The translations under genes were made by a program, and so were the position numbers. A stretch of DNA of 64,000 nucleotides from Deltaproteobacteria bacterium (GTDB lineage Bacteria; Myxococcota_A; UBA9160; SMWR01). This document shows, piece after piece, positions 29,755 to 39,344 of this stretch. The stretch is taken from assembly GCA_019310965.1 (NCBI GenBank), contig JAFDDG010000009.1, forward strand, positions 3,180 to 67,179, in the 5' to 3' direction. The notes beneath the pieces are model-generated. The model had not been told where the DNA came from and made no database searches. It saw only the letters and a program-made list of their open reading frames with translations. Positions within the stretch are counted from its first letter, which is position 1. Each line of letters opens with the position of its first letter.

Positions 29755-30924
29755 TCACTTGCCGGCCGGTGCCTCGATCTCGTAGAGCTTCGCCGCGTTC
29801 TCCCAGAGCAGGCGGTGCCGCACTTCTTCGCTCAACGATCCCAGGCTCGATTCGATCGTCTCGCCGACTTCGTCGCCGTAGATCGACGTGGGGTGGGGAA
29901 AGTCCGTCTCGAACATGATGTTCTCGGCCCCCACACGTTCGATGGTCTCGGCGGTGATGGTCTCGAACCAGCAGCACGCGTAGATCTGGCGCTTGAAATA
30001 CTCGCTCGGCAGCATCTTGAAGTCGGAGCGCTCCTTGCTGACAGCCATGGCCTTGAATTGGTAGTCGGCGCACTGGAGCAGGAAGGGGATCCACCCGACC
30101 CCGCTCTCCACGGAGACGAACCGGAGCCTGGGAAATCGCTCGAGGATGCCGCTGAAGAGCAGGTCGAGCACATGCGCGCCGTTGGTCATGAAGATCTTTG
30201 CGCCCGCCCGCGCGGAGGTGGCCGCATAGCCCTCGACCTCGACCCGCTCCTCCGAGAATTCGTCACCGAAGTCGCCGCTGCCGATGTGGAAGCTGACCGG
30301 GAGCTTGCAGTCCTGCGCGGCCGCCCAGATCGGATCCCAATGACGGCTGGCCAGCACAGGCAGCCCGAAGCTCTGGGGCTCGCCCGTGAAGACCACTCCC
30401 CGATGGCCGAGGGCGGCACAGCGCTGGATCTCCGCGACCGCTGCCGACACGTCCCAATAGGGCAACGTCATGACCGGGATCAAGCGTTTCCTGTCTGCAG
30501 AGGACCAATCGATCAAAAAGTCGTTGTAGGCACGCACACAGGCGAGCTTCGCCTCCGCATCGTCGAGCCGCCCAAAGACCTGATTCCCGAAGCCGCCGAC
30601 GTTGGGATAGAGAACGCCCGCCCAGATGCCCAGCTCGTCCATGTAGCGCAGCCGCGCGGCGGCATCGTAGGAGCCCGGGTGGGCGTCTTCATAGCGCGGC
30701 GGGTGACTGGGATAGGCGTCCTTCCAGCCCGCCACGGCCGTGATGCCCACGGAGTTGATCCACTCGTCGCCGATGTACCAGGCCTGTTCCTGCTTCTCCG
30801 GATCCCACTCCACTCGCGGAACCCTGTCCTTTAGCCGCGCCGGGACTCGGCTCGTCCAGAGGTCGGGCGCCTCGGTCACATGGGTGTCGGAGTCGATGAT
30901 CGTGTAGGCAGGTGAGTCGGTCAT
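29755..30924 (-). CDS. Amidohydrolase-2 family protein
   Basis: IDSDTH, VLYPN, ESGVGW and FETDFPH motifs; AGGAG RBS. Confidence 0.88.
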   Translation of the reverse strand: MTDSPAYTIIDSDTHVTEAPDLWTSRVPARLKDRVPRVEWDPEKQEQAWYIGDEWINSVGITAVAGWKDAYPSHPPRYEDAHPGSYDAAARLRYMDELGIWAGVLYPNVGGFGNQVFGRLDDAEAKLACVRAYNDFLIDWSSADRKRLIPVMTLPYWDVSAAVAEIQRCAALGHRGVVFTGEPQSFGLPVLASRHWDPIWAAAQDCKLPVSFHIGSGDFGDEFSEERVEVEGYAATSARAGAKIFMTNGAHVLDLLFSGILERFPRLRFVSVESGVGWIPFLLQCADYQFKAMAVSKERSDFKMLPSEYFKRQIYACCWFETITAETIERVGAENIMFETDFPHPTSIYGDEVGETIESSLGSLSEEVRHRLLWENAAKLYEIEAPAGK

Positions 30925-31129
30925 GCGGTGCGCTCCTGTGTTCCAACCGATGCTGTCCCAACTGGGACGATTCGGCCACCATCCTGGGGTCGAGCGCCGT
31001 GGCTCACAGGCAACCTGGGACGACCTCTCGGTTTTCCAGAACCGCCGCGGGCTCCCCCGGTCGCGGCCTCCGTCGGCTCGACGGCAGACCGGGGCCGACC
31101 CGCAGGCCCATCGCCACGGCTGGCGGGGC

Positions 31130-31295
31130 CTAGAGGCCATCTCATAAACCCCTCGGTCGCCAGACACCTGCCTTCGACCCGATCTCTGCGTTGCGAAATC
31201 TCGCCGGTGCGACGGCCATGGCTGCGATTTCGCGCCTTGATCTCGGGCCGAATTCAGGCGCCTGGCTCGGTCGGGGTCTATGAGATGGCCTCTAG
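31130..31295. mobile_element. 166-bp MITE-like element, copy 1
   Basis: TIRs CTAGAGGCCATCTCATA...TATGAGATGGCCTCTAG; near-identical inverted copy at 62373-62538. Confidence 0.85.
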
Positions 31296-31610
31296 AGCGT
31301 ATCGTGGACTCGACCGCGCGAGATCTGCCGCAAATCCTCGACCCCGGCCGAACGGGTAGACTCGAGCTCGCTCTGCCGGTGGGCAGCGGCTCGGCTTGGG
31401 CCCGCTGCACGCTGTGATCACCACGACCGAGAGCGGGGTCGCGGTGCGGTCGATCGCGTGTCGGGGAGGAATCGTGAGCAGATCTGGCAAAGCGATCGGT
31501 GGTCGCTTGCGACGCGCGGCAGCGACCGGGTGGCCGTGGGTGAGAGCGGGGAGACACAAGGCACGCCGTGTCCTCGAACGGCTCGAGGGCACTGCGCCGT
31601 GAGCCTGGTC

Positions 31611-32813
31611 ATGCAGGGAATCCGCGTCATCGAGGTGGCGCAGTACGTCTACGTTCCGGTAGCGACCTCGGTGCTCGCCGAGTGGGGTGCCGACGTCATC
31701 AAGGTCGAGCACCCGACCCACGGCGACGCCTACCGAGGCCTGCGGCGCACGGGGAACCTCGCGATCGCGGGCCCCGTCAACTACGCAATCGAGCACGCCA
31801 ACCGCGGCAAGCGCAGCATCGGCATCGATGCCGCGAACGCGGAGGGCCGAAGGATCCTCGGGGAGCTGCTGAAGACCGCCGACGTCCTCGTCACGAACCT
31901 GCTGCCCGCATCCCGCTCTCGCCTGCACCTCGAGATCGACGACGTGCGCGGCGACAATCCCTCCATCATCTATGCGCGGGGAACAGCGTTGGGGGAGCGA
32001 GGGCCCGAGCGCAACCGGGGGGGCTTTGACCACGCAACCTTCTGGGCGCGCGGCGGGAGCCAGTTCGGCGCCACGCCCGCTGATGCCGATCGCCCCTCTC
32101 CAATGCCGAGCGGCGCCTACGGGGACAGCGCGGCGGGGTTGGCACTCGCGGGAGGCATTGCGGCCGCACTCCTGGCGCGGGAGCGGACGGGGAAGCCGCC
32201 GGTCGTCGATCTATCGCTGCTGGGGATGGGAATGTGGTCGATGGCCTCTGCGATTGCAGGCGCACTGATGCAGGGCGAATCGGCGCGCCCCATGGATCGG
32301 ATTCCACCGAGCAACCCGCTTGCGGGCACCTATCGGTCGCAGGACGGCCGATGGATCGTGCTGGGCTGCCTCCAGGGATTCTCGCAGTGGCCTGCATTCT
32401 GCCGTTGTGTCGGACGCCTCGAGTGGATCGAAGACGCGCGCTTCGCCAGCGCGGAGGCCTTCGCTGCCCATGGAACGGACTGCGCGGGGCTCCTCGACGC
32501 GCTCTTCGCCTCCGCCCCGCTCCGCCACTGGCAGGAAACCCTCTCGGGCCTGGATGCGGTCTGGGAGACGGTCCAGGACACTCTCGAAGTCGCACGAGAC
32601 CCTCAGGCCATCGCCAACGGCTACCTTGCGCAGGTCGAGGCTGCGGACGCATCGACCTTCGAGCTGGTGGCGAGCCCGATTCAGTTCGACGAGTGCCCGC
32701 CCCAGCCGCGCCGCGCACCCGAAGCGGGCCAGCACACGGAGGAGATCCTTCTGGAGCTGGGCCTCGACTGGGACGAGATCAACGACCTCAAGGCCGCCAG
32801 CGCCATCAATTGA
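31611..32813 (+). CDS. CaiB/BaiF (family III) CoA transferase (alternative start GTG 31599)
   Basis: LAEWGADVIKVEH, NRGKRSI and APEAGQHTEEIL motifs. Confidence 0.9.
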   Translation: MQGIRVIEVAQYVYVPVATSVLAEWGADVIKVEHPTHGDAYRGLRRTGNLAIAGPVNYAIEHANRGKRSIGIDAANAEGRRILGELLKTADVLVTNLLPASRSRLHLEIDDVRGDNPSIIYARGTALGERGPERNRGGFDHATFWARGGSQFGATPADADRPSPMPSGAYGDSAAGLALAGGIAAALLARERTGKPPVVDLSLLGMGMWSMASAIAGALMQGESARPMDRIPPSNPLAGTYRSQDGRWIVLGCLQGFSQWPAFCRCVGRLEWIEDARFASAEAFAAHGTDCAGLLDALFASAPLRHWQETLSGLDAVWETVQDTLEVARDPQAIANGYLAQVEAADASTFELVASPIQFDECPPQPRRAPEAGQHTEEILLELGLDWDEINDLKAASAIN

Positions 32814-32914
32814 TGCCTGGGTTTCCAGTAGACTGCAGCAACCGCAGTCCACGGCGAAGAACTCGCATCCGATGACCACACCGGGGCGATCGCCGCCCAC
32901 GCCGAGGCCCCCAA

Positions 32915-34303
32915 ATGTCGCAGGGAATCCGCAGACCCCACGAAGCCGTCGACTACGAATATCTGACGCGCGCCTACCCGCCGCCGCCGGAGTATTTCGA
33001 GAAGGCGTACCTGGAGACGCCCGAGGAGATCGAAGCCTGCCAGCTGGCTCGCCTCAAGGAGCGTGCGCTGACGGCCTACAGCATCCCCTTCCATCGCAAG
33101 CGCTGGGATGCGGAGGGATTCGATCCACGCAGCCTCGAAAGCCTCGAGGATCTCTGGCGCGCCCCGTTCTACACCGTCGACGACATTCGCAAGAGCATCG
33201 AAGAGCATCCGCCACTGGGCGACTACCAGGTCGCCCGCCCCGAAGACGCACGCCGGGAACCGATGCGGCTCTACATGTCCGGCGGCACGACCGGCAACTC
33301 GCGTCCCACTCTATACACGCAATGGGATCGCGAAGTGGGCGCCGTCCTGACGGCTCGCGCTCTCTACATGCAGGGCATCCGACCGGGTGACACGGTGCTC
33401 AATGCATGGTCCTACTCGACCCACAACGGCGCCTTCTCCTTCGACGAGGCGCTCCACCGCTGGCTGAACTGCGTCATCCTCACGACGAGCACCGGCACGG
33501 TGACCAGCAGCCGCCGCCAGATCGAGCTCGCGCTGCAATACGGGGCGAAGGCCATCCTCACGACCGGCGACTACCTGCTGCGCCTTGCCGACGTCGCGCA
33601 AGAGATGGGGGTCGACCCCAAGAACGATCTCAAGCTCTGCGCGCTGCCCAACATCGGCGACCGCGAGCTCCTCGAGGCAACCTTCGGCGCCCCGAATTAT
33701 GCCTCGTACGGCTTCCACGAGGTCCAGTGGGTAGCCTCCGAGTGCCCGGCCAGACAGGGTCTCCACATCTTCGAGGACGCCTTCATCGTGCAGGTCGTCC
33801 ACCCCGAGACCGGCGAGAGGCTGCCCGACGGTGAGCTCGGCGCACTCGTCGTGACCGAGCTCTATAAGACGGGAAGTGCACAGTTCCGATACAACATCAT
33901 GGACCTCGCCTACCTGATGCCGCGAGAGCGCTGCGCATGCGGGAGCTGGCTTCGGCGGATGGGACCCTTCTCTGGGCGCGGCGACAATATGGTGAAGCTG
34001 CGCGGCGTGAACGTCTGGCCCGAGGCGCTTGGCGAGATCGTCACGCTGCACGAGAGGGTGAGCGACGACTACTTCGTGCGCGCCATTCGCAGCGAGAATC
34101 ACGACGAGATGATCGTCGCGGTGACGAGCTCCGCGCCATCCAGTGAATTCGAAGGCCTTCGTTCCGAACTCGAGAGCCTGCTCAAGGAGAAGATCGGCGT
34201 GCGCTTCGAGGTCGAGGTCCATCCGCTCGGGGCCCTCGATGCGCTCACGGAGATCCACAGCTCGCCGAAGCCCAAGCGCTTCCGGGACGAACGGGGTGAG
34301 TAG
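32915..34303 (+). CDS. Phenylacetate-CoA ligase (PaaK)-like acyl-CoA ligase
   Basis: SGGTTG, YGFHE, RYNIMD and GRGDNMVKLRGVNVWP motifs. Confidence 0.88.
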   Translation: MSQGIRRPHEAVDYEYLTRAYPPPPEYFEKAYLETPEEIEACQLARLKERALTAYSIPFHRKRWDAEGFDPRSLESLEDLWRAPFYTVDDIRKSIEEHPPLGDYQVARPEDARREPMRLYMSGGTTGNSRPTLYTQWDREVGAVLTARALYMQGIRPGDTVLNAWSYSTHNGAFSFDEALHRWLNCVILTTSTGTVTSSRRQIELALQYGAKAILTTGDYLLRLADVAQEMGVDPKNDLKLCALPNIGDRELLEATFGAPNYASYGFHEVQWVASECPARQGLHIFEDAFIVQVVHPETGERLPDGELGALVVTELYKTGSAQFRYNIMDLAYLMPRERCACGSWLRRMGPFSGRGDNMVKLRGVNVWPEALGEIVTLHERVSDDYFVRAIRSENHDEMIVAVTSSAPSSEFEGLRSELESLLKEKIGVRFEVEVHPLGALDALTEIHSSPKPKRFRDERGE

Positions 34304-34315
34304 GAGGGACGAAGC

Positions 34316-35473
34316 GTGAGCCTGCGAGACCAGGTGGCGATCGTCGGCATCGGCTGCACCGAGTTCTCGAAGGACTCCGGGGTGAGCACGCTCACGCTCG
34401 CCGCTCGCGCAATTCTCGCTGCAGTCGAAGACGCGGGTGTGCAGGCCTCGGAACTCGACGGGATCGCGACCTTTCGAGTCGGAGACTCGGTGCCTCCCGC
34501 CATCCTGGCACAGTCTCTCGGAATCAGGGACCTCCGGTATTTCGTCGACCAATTCGGCGGCGGCAGCGTCTCCCACTCGATCGTGGGCCAGGCGGCGCTC
34601 GCGATCCACGCGGGCATTGCAGAGACCGTCGTCTGCTATCGCGCGCTCAACGCGCGCTCCGAGTTTCGGATGGGGGGCACCGGCCGGCCACCCGTCGATG
34701 CCATCGAGACCCAATACCAGGCCCCCTTTGGCTATTTCACGCCGCCACAACAATTCGCCATGGCAGCGCGAGCGCACATGGAACGTTACGGCACGTCCGC
34801 CGAGCAATTGGGCGCCGTGGCCGTCCAGCAACGCGCAAACGCGAGCCTCAACGAACGCGCGATGATGCGCAAGCCGATCAGCCTCGACGACTATCTCGCA
34901 TCGCGTTGGATCGTCGAGCCCTTCCGGCTCCTCGATTGCTGCCTCGAGACGGACGGCGCGGTGGCACTGCTTCTCACCAGCGCGGAGCGGGCCCGCGACC
35001 TCCGCCAGGATCCAATCCTGATCAGTGGCGTCACGTGGGGCTCGGGGCAGACGCTCTATTCGAATCAACAGCCGGATTCCACACGCACGTCCGCCGCCGA
35101 CATGGCCCCCCGCCTCTTCGAGATGGCGGGGGTCGGGCCGCATGACATCGATGTGGCCGAGCTCTATGACTGCTTCAGCTACAGCGTGCTCGTTCAGCTC
35201 GAGGACTACGGATTCTGCAAGAAGGGCGAAGGCGGCGCCTTCGTCGAGAGTGGCGCCACAGCGCTCGGCGGATCGCTCCCAGTCAACACCCACGGCGGTT
35301 TTCTCTCGGAGGGTTATGTCCACGGGCTGAACCATGTCTACGAGGCGGTATCGCAGCTGCGCGGGGACGCGGGCGAGCGGCAGGTCGAGAACGCGCAGGT
35401 CGCACTCTCGGCCGCTCAGCCGGGCTACGTCTCCGGCAACACGTCCGCGCTCGTGCTCAGGAGGGACTCGTGA
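34316..35473 (+). CDS. Thiolase-superfamily Ltp2-like protein
   Basis: DCCLETDG, ELYDCF and NTHGGFLSEGYVHG motifs; GGG in place of the thiolase Cys. Confidence 0.88.
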   Translation: MSLRDQVAIVGIGCTEFSKDSGVSTLTLAARAILAAVEDAGVQASELDGIATFRVGDSVPPAILAQSLGIRDLRYFVDQFGGGSVSHSIVGQAALAIHAGIAETVVCYRALNARSEFRMGGTGRPPVDAIETQYQAPFGYFTPPQQFAMAARAHMERYGTSAEQLGAVAVQQRANASLNERAMMRKPISLDDYLASRWIVEPFRLLDCCLETDGAVALLLTSAERARDLRQDPILISGVTWGSGQTLYSNQQPDSTRTSAADMAPRLFEMAGVGPHDIDVAELYDCFSYSVLVQLEDYGFCKKGEGGAFVESGATALGGSLPVNTHGGFLSEGYVHGLNHVYEAVSQLRGDAGERQVENAQVALSAAQPGYVSGNTSALVLRRDS

Positions 35474-35880
35474 GCGACGCGATTCCCAAGCCACTGCCGC
35501 ACCCCGATCGGGACTCGGAGCCGTATTGGAAGGCCCTCTCGCAGGGCAGATTCCAACTCCAACGCTGCGGATCCTGCAACGCGCTGCGCTGGCCACCACG
35601 CGCCCTCTGCAACCGCTGCGTGGGCTTCGAATTCGAATGGGTGGATGTCGCGACGACTGGACGGATCGTGAGCTGGACTCGAACCCATCAAGTATTTGCC
35701 CCCGCCTATCGGGGGGAGGTTCCCTACACCACGGTCGCGGTCGCACTCGACGCGCAAGAAGACATCTCGATGATCGGGGGCTGGTCGACAGACCGCGACC
35801 CGCGAGCGGGTGAAACGGTCCGCATCAGGCTCGTCGATGCCCCAGAAGGATTCAAGCTTCCCTGCTGGGAACCAGCGTAA
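35470..35880 (+). CDS. DUF35 Zn-ribbon/OB-fold protein
   Basis: QRCGSC...PPRALCNRC; GTGA overlap with the thiolase-like gene. Confidence 0.9.
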   Translation: MSDAIPKPLPHPDRDSEPYWKALSQGRFQLQRCGSCNALRWPPRALCNRCVGFEFEWVDVATTGRIVSWTRTHQVFAPAYRGEVPYTTVAVALDAQEDISMIGGWSTDRDPRAGETVRIRLVDAPEGFKLPCWEPA

Positions 35881-36008
35881 CGCCGTGCCCGATGCTGGCC
35901 GGTCACTGGCTGCGCAGCGCGGCGCCGACGTGCTGCCGCCACTCGGCCGACCGCTGCGCGGCGCCGCCGCGGGTTGCGCTCCACCCACCGGATCGCCGAT
36001 AAAGAGTC

Positions 36009-36902
36009 GTGGCCTTCTCGCTTCCCGAAACGCTGCGCGGCCTGTTGCCGGAGCTGGAGCTCCCCGGCTCGCTGGCCGCTCGCGCCGTCTTGAACGAGGT
36101 CAAGGACGCGCTCGCGCGTGCTCCCCTCGCACTCAACGAGTACGGTTACGACCCCTATGGCTTCAACCCGGACGCTGCCGCCAGCTTCCTGGGCATGCAG
36201 GCGCTGCTCTACCGTTACTACTTCCGGGTCGACACCGCCGACATCGGCAACGTACCCGAGGGCCGCGTGCTTCTGATCGCCAACCACGCCGGAAGCTTCG
36301 CCTGGGACGCGGCGATGCTCACCGTCGCCACGCTGCTCGAGGCGGATCCGCCGCGCATCTGCCGCGGCATGGGCGAGTACTTCCTGTGGAAGCTGCCCTG
36401 GGTGGGAAGTGCCGGAACGCGTGCCGGCATGCTGGTGGGCACGCCGGCCAACTGCGTGCACATGCTCGAGAACGAGCAGTGCGTCATGGTCTTTCCGGAA
36501 GGCGCCAGAGGGGCGAACAAGCCCTTCCGCAAGCGCTACCAGCTCCAGAAGTTCGGCCAGGGCTTCATGCGCCTGGCGCTCCAGACCGACACGCCGATCG
36601 TGCCCGTGGGCATCGTCGGCTCCGAGGAGCAGCAGCCGGGCATCGCCAACTTCGAGAGTGTCGGCCGTGCCATCGGGCTCCCGAGCCTGCCCATCACCAT
36701 CAGCATGCCGTGGCTGGGCCCGCTCGGCCCCTTCTTCGCGCTGCCGGTGAAGTACCGTATCTATTTCGGCGAGCCACTCCACTTCGAAGGCGACAGCGGC
36801 GAAGAAGATGCCGCCATCCAGGAGCGGGTCGATGTCGTCAGGGACGCCCTCGACGACCTGCTCCAGCGGGGGCTGGCAGAGCGGACCGGGATCTTCACGT
36901 AG
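36009..36902 (+). CDS. Lysophospholipid acyltransferase family protein
   Basis: NHAGSFAWD (HxxxxxD), VFPEG and PIVPV motifs. Confidence 0.88.
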   Translation: MAFSLPETLRGLLPELELPGSLAARAVLNEVKDALARAPLALNEYGYDPYGFNPDAAASFLGMQALLYRYYFRVDTADIGNVPEGRVLLIANHAGSFAWDAAMLTVATLLEADPPRICRGMGEYFLWKLPWVGSAGTRAGMLVGTPANCVHMLENEQCVMVFPEGARGANKPFRKRYQLQKFGQGFMRLALQTDTPIVPVGIVGSEEQQPGIANFESVGRAIGLPSLPITISMPWLGPLGPFFALPVKYRIYFGEPLHFEGDSGEEDAAIQERVDVVRDALDDLLQRGLAERTGIFT

Positions 36903-36959
36903 CGCGAGGCGAGGGGCTGCGTCCCAACGCCGAGAGGCGCTGCGCTGGCAGGAGAAAAA

Positions 36960-37223
36960 ATGGTCGAATTCCCCAAACCCATGCGAATCCGGCTCTCCGA
37001 TGAACGCCGCGATCAGATCATTCGTTCGCTTCAAGCCTTCTTCTCCTCCGACCTGGAGCGAGAGGTCAGCAACTTTCAGGCACAGCTGGTCCTCGACTTC
37101 TTCATTCGCGAGCTCGGGGCGCCTGTCTACAACCAGGCCATCCAAGACGCCCGCGGCTTCATTCACGGAAAACTCGACGACCTCGAGGGCGAGTTCTACG
37201 AGCCCGACGAGACAACTTCCTAG
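36960..37223 (+). CDS. DUF2164 family protein
   Basis: LDFFIRELGAPVYNQAIQDA motif; AGGAG RBS. Confidence 0.85.
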   Translation: MVEFPKPMRIRLSDERRDQIIRSLQAFFSSDLEREVSNFQAQLVLDFFIRELGAPVYNQAIQDARGFIHGKLDDLEGEFYEPDETTS

Positions 37224-37251
37224 ACGCGACGCCACGGAAGTCCCCCAAAGG

Positions 37252-37654
37252 ATGAAGAACCGGACACATTGGAACTCGATAAGCGATGTGTACCAGGAGG
37301 CGCACGGCGCGACCCTCAGCGACAAGGCACTCGCATGGGGTGTCTGGCGCATCCCAGAGTCGCAGCTGGGGGTGCTGGGACCGCTCGAGGGGAGAGACGT
37401 GCTCGAGTTCGGCTGCGGAGCTGCGCAATGGACGGCCGCCCTCACCCGCTTGGGCGCGCGAGCCGTGGGGTTTGCCCTATGGAGCCTGGATCCGATTGTT
37501 TCGTCGATACGCGTTCGTCGTCGAAGATCTGGTGGAGCTACGAGCTGCGCATGACGACACCACGACCTACCCGGACTTCGCGACCACCAGCTGGGCGAGC
37601 CGTTGGCCGGCCGAGCACATCTGGAAACTCAGGAAGGAGGCCACCCAGACATGA
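37252..37654 (+). pseudogene. Class I SAM methyltransferase with internal deletion and frameshift
   Basis: N-part (WGVWRIPE..VLEFGCGAAQW..ARAVG) joins out of frame near 37471 to a C-part (LPYGAWIRLFR..WPAEHIWKLRK). Confidence 0.75.
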
Positions 37655-37938
37655 CGGCGTACATCATCGCGCGCATCGACGTCACCGATCCGGAGAAGTA
37701 TGTGGGTTACCAGGAGCGCACCCCCGCCGCAGTGGCCAAGTTCGGCGGACGCTTCATCGTCCGCGGTGGCAACAGCGTCACCTTGGAGGGACCAGAAGAG
37801 GCGCGCCGAGTCGTCGTGATCGAGTTCCCCTCTCTCGATCGAGCGCAGGCCTTCTACGACTCCGAAGACTACCAGTCCGCCAAGAAGTTCCGCGACGGAG
37901 CTGCCGAGGCACAGTTCCTCGCCATCGAAGGCGTCTGA
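37651..37938 (+). CDS. DUF1330 family protein
   Basis: FGGRFIVRGG..LEG..RVVVIEFPS..FYDSEDYQ motif. Confidence 0.92.
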   Translation: MTAYIIARIDVTDPEKYVGYQERTPAAVAKFGGRFIVRGGNSVTLEGPEEARRVVVIEFPSLDRAQAFYDSEDYQSAKKFRDGAAEAQFLAIEGV

Positions 37939-38049
37939 CGACGCCGGACGGGAACGCCCGAGCAATTCCCGCTCGCATGGTCCCCCTAGCAAGCGTGAAA
38001 TGGGCCCAGGCGATTCGTGGTAGCATCCCGCCGCAACAAAGAGGCCGGC

Positions 38050-39300
38050 ATGAAAAGACTACTCACCATTGCACTCGTCGCATTGCTGGCACTGGTGGCC
38101 TTCGCTGCCGGCTTTGCTGCGGGCAAGGGGCCTCGACTGATGACGATGCTCCTCACCGGCGGCGGCGCAGCAGATCCCGCCTGGCAGCGGCTCGAAAGCG
38201 TACAAGCTTTCGATCAGCTGATGGGCAGCGTCGACGACGTTCGCAACATGGTTCTGGCAGAGGCCGAATCCGAGCGAGAAGTCGTCCAGGGCATGCGCTG
38301 GATTCTGCGAAATATCGCCGAGACCACGGATATCGCTGCCGACGCCAACCCACTGCGTCCGGATTTCGTCCGCATGGACACCACCGTGCGCAAGATTGGC
38401 GGCGACAATGCGGACGGGGAGTACCACGTAGCCACGATCGATGGGCGCCACGACTACCGCATCACCGGCAATCGCGGTTCGGTGCGCTACTTCAGCCTCA
38501 ATGTGAATGCCGGTCGCGGCATGACCAGGCGACGCATGGCTGCCTTTCTCAACGACCGCACCATCGAGTTCGACGAGCAGGGCAACTTCACCCTGCTCTT
38601 GAGCCAGGAGCGCCCTCAGGCTGACGGTCAGTGGGTCCAGATCCCCGAAGACGCCAGCATCGTCATGCTGCGACAGTACGTCGCCGATCGTGACCGCGAA
38701 GAGCTGGTGAGTATCTCCATCGGACCGCTAGGCGAGGCCCCGCCCCTCCCCGACACGCGCGATACGGACGTCGCTGACGCCATGACGGCAATGAACTACG
38801 CCTTCGTGACTCTCGCCAGCCTCCACAAACTCGTCTTGCCGCAAGCCTGGGAACGCCCCAACGAATTTTTCAGCACGGATTCCGACAGCCTGGGTGGCAG
38901 CATTTCGACTCCGGACAACCTCTACATGATCGGGTCCTTCGAGGTGGCTCGCGACCAGGCGCTGATCATCGAGGTGCAGCCACCGCAGACGCGCTACTGG
39001 AACATCGCCCTGGAAACCCACTGGCACGAGACAGTGGAGCACCTGTACCGCCCCACCAGCCGCACGCTGGAGGACGTGACGGCCGAGGCCGACGGCAAGG
39101 TGCGATTCGTCATTGCCCATCGAGATCCGGGGGTGCCGAACTGGTTGGACCCGATGGGGAACGAGCGTGGATTCATGACATTGCGGTGGCTGGATGCGCG
39201 TGACGCGACGGTGCCCACGCCCGTGATCACGCGGGTCCCACTGGCTGAACTCAGCGACGCTCTGGCACTGGCACAGCTGGAGAGTGCTGGGTCGCCGTAG
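38050..39300 (+). CDS. Membrane-anchored DUF1214-like protein
   Basis: GGDNADGEY, YRITGNRG and HRDPGVPNWLD motifs; paralogue of 51983-53212. Confidence 0.78.
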   Translation: MKRLLTIALVALLALVAFAAGFAAGKGPRLMTMLLTGGGAADPAWQRLESVQAFDQLMGSVDDVRNMVLAEAESEREVVQGMRWILRNIAETTDIAADANPLRPDFVRMDTTVRKIGGDNADGEYHVATIDGRHDYRITGNRGSVRYFSLNVNAGRGMTRRRMAAFLNDRTIEFDEQGNFTLLLSQERPQADGQWVQIPEDASIVMLRQYVADRDREELVSISIGPLGEAPPLPDTRDTDVADAMTAMNYAFVTLASLHKLVLPQAWERPNEFFSTDSDSLGGSISTPDNLYMIGSFEVARDQALIIEVQPPQTRYWNIALETHWHETVEHLYRPTSRTLEDVTAEADGKVRFVIAHRDPGVPNWLDPMGNERGFMTLRWLDARDATVPTPVITRVPLAELSDALALAQLESAGSP

Positions 39301-39344
39301 TCCGACAGGATCCCTGTCCGCCGGCTCTCTGTCGGAGCGAGAGC

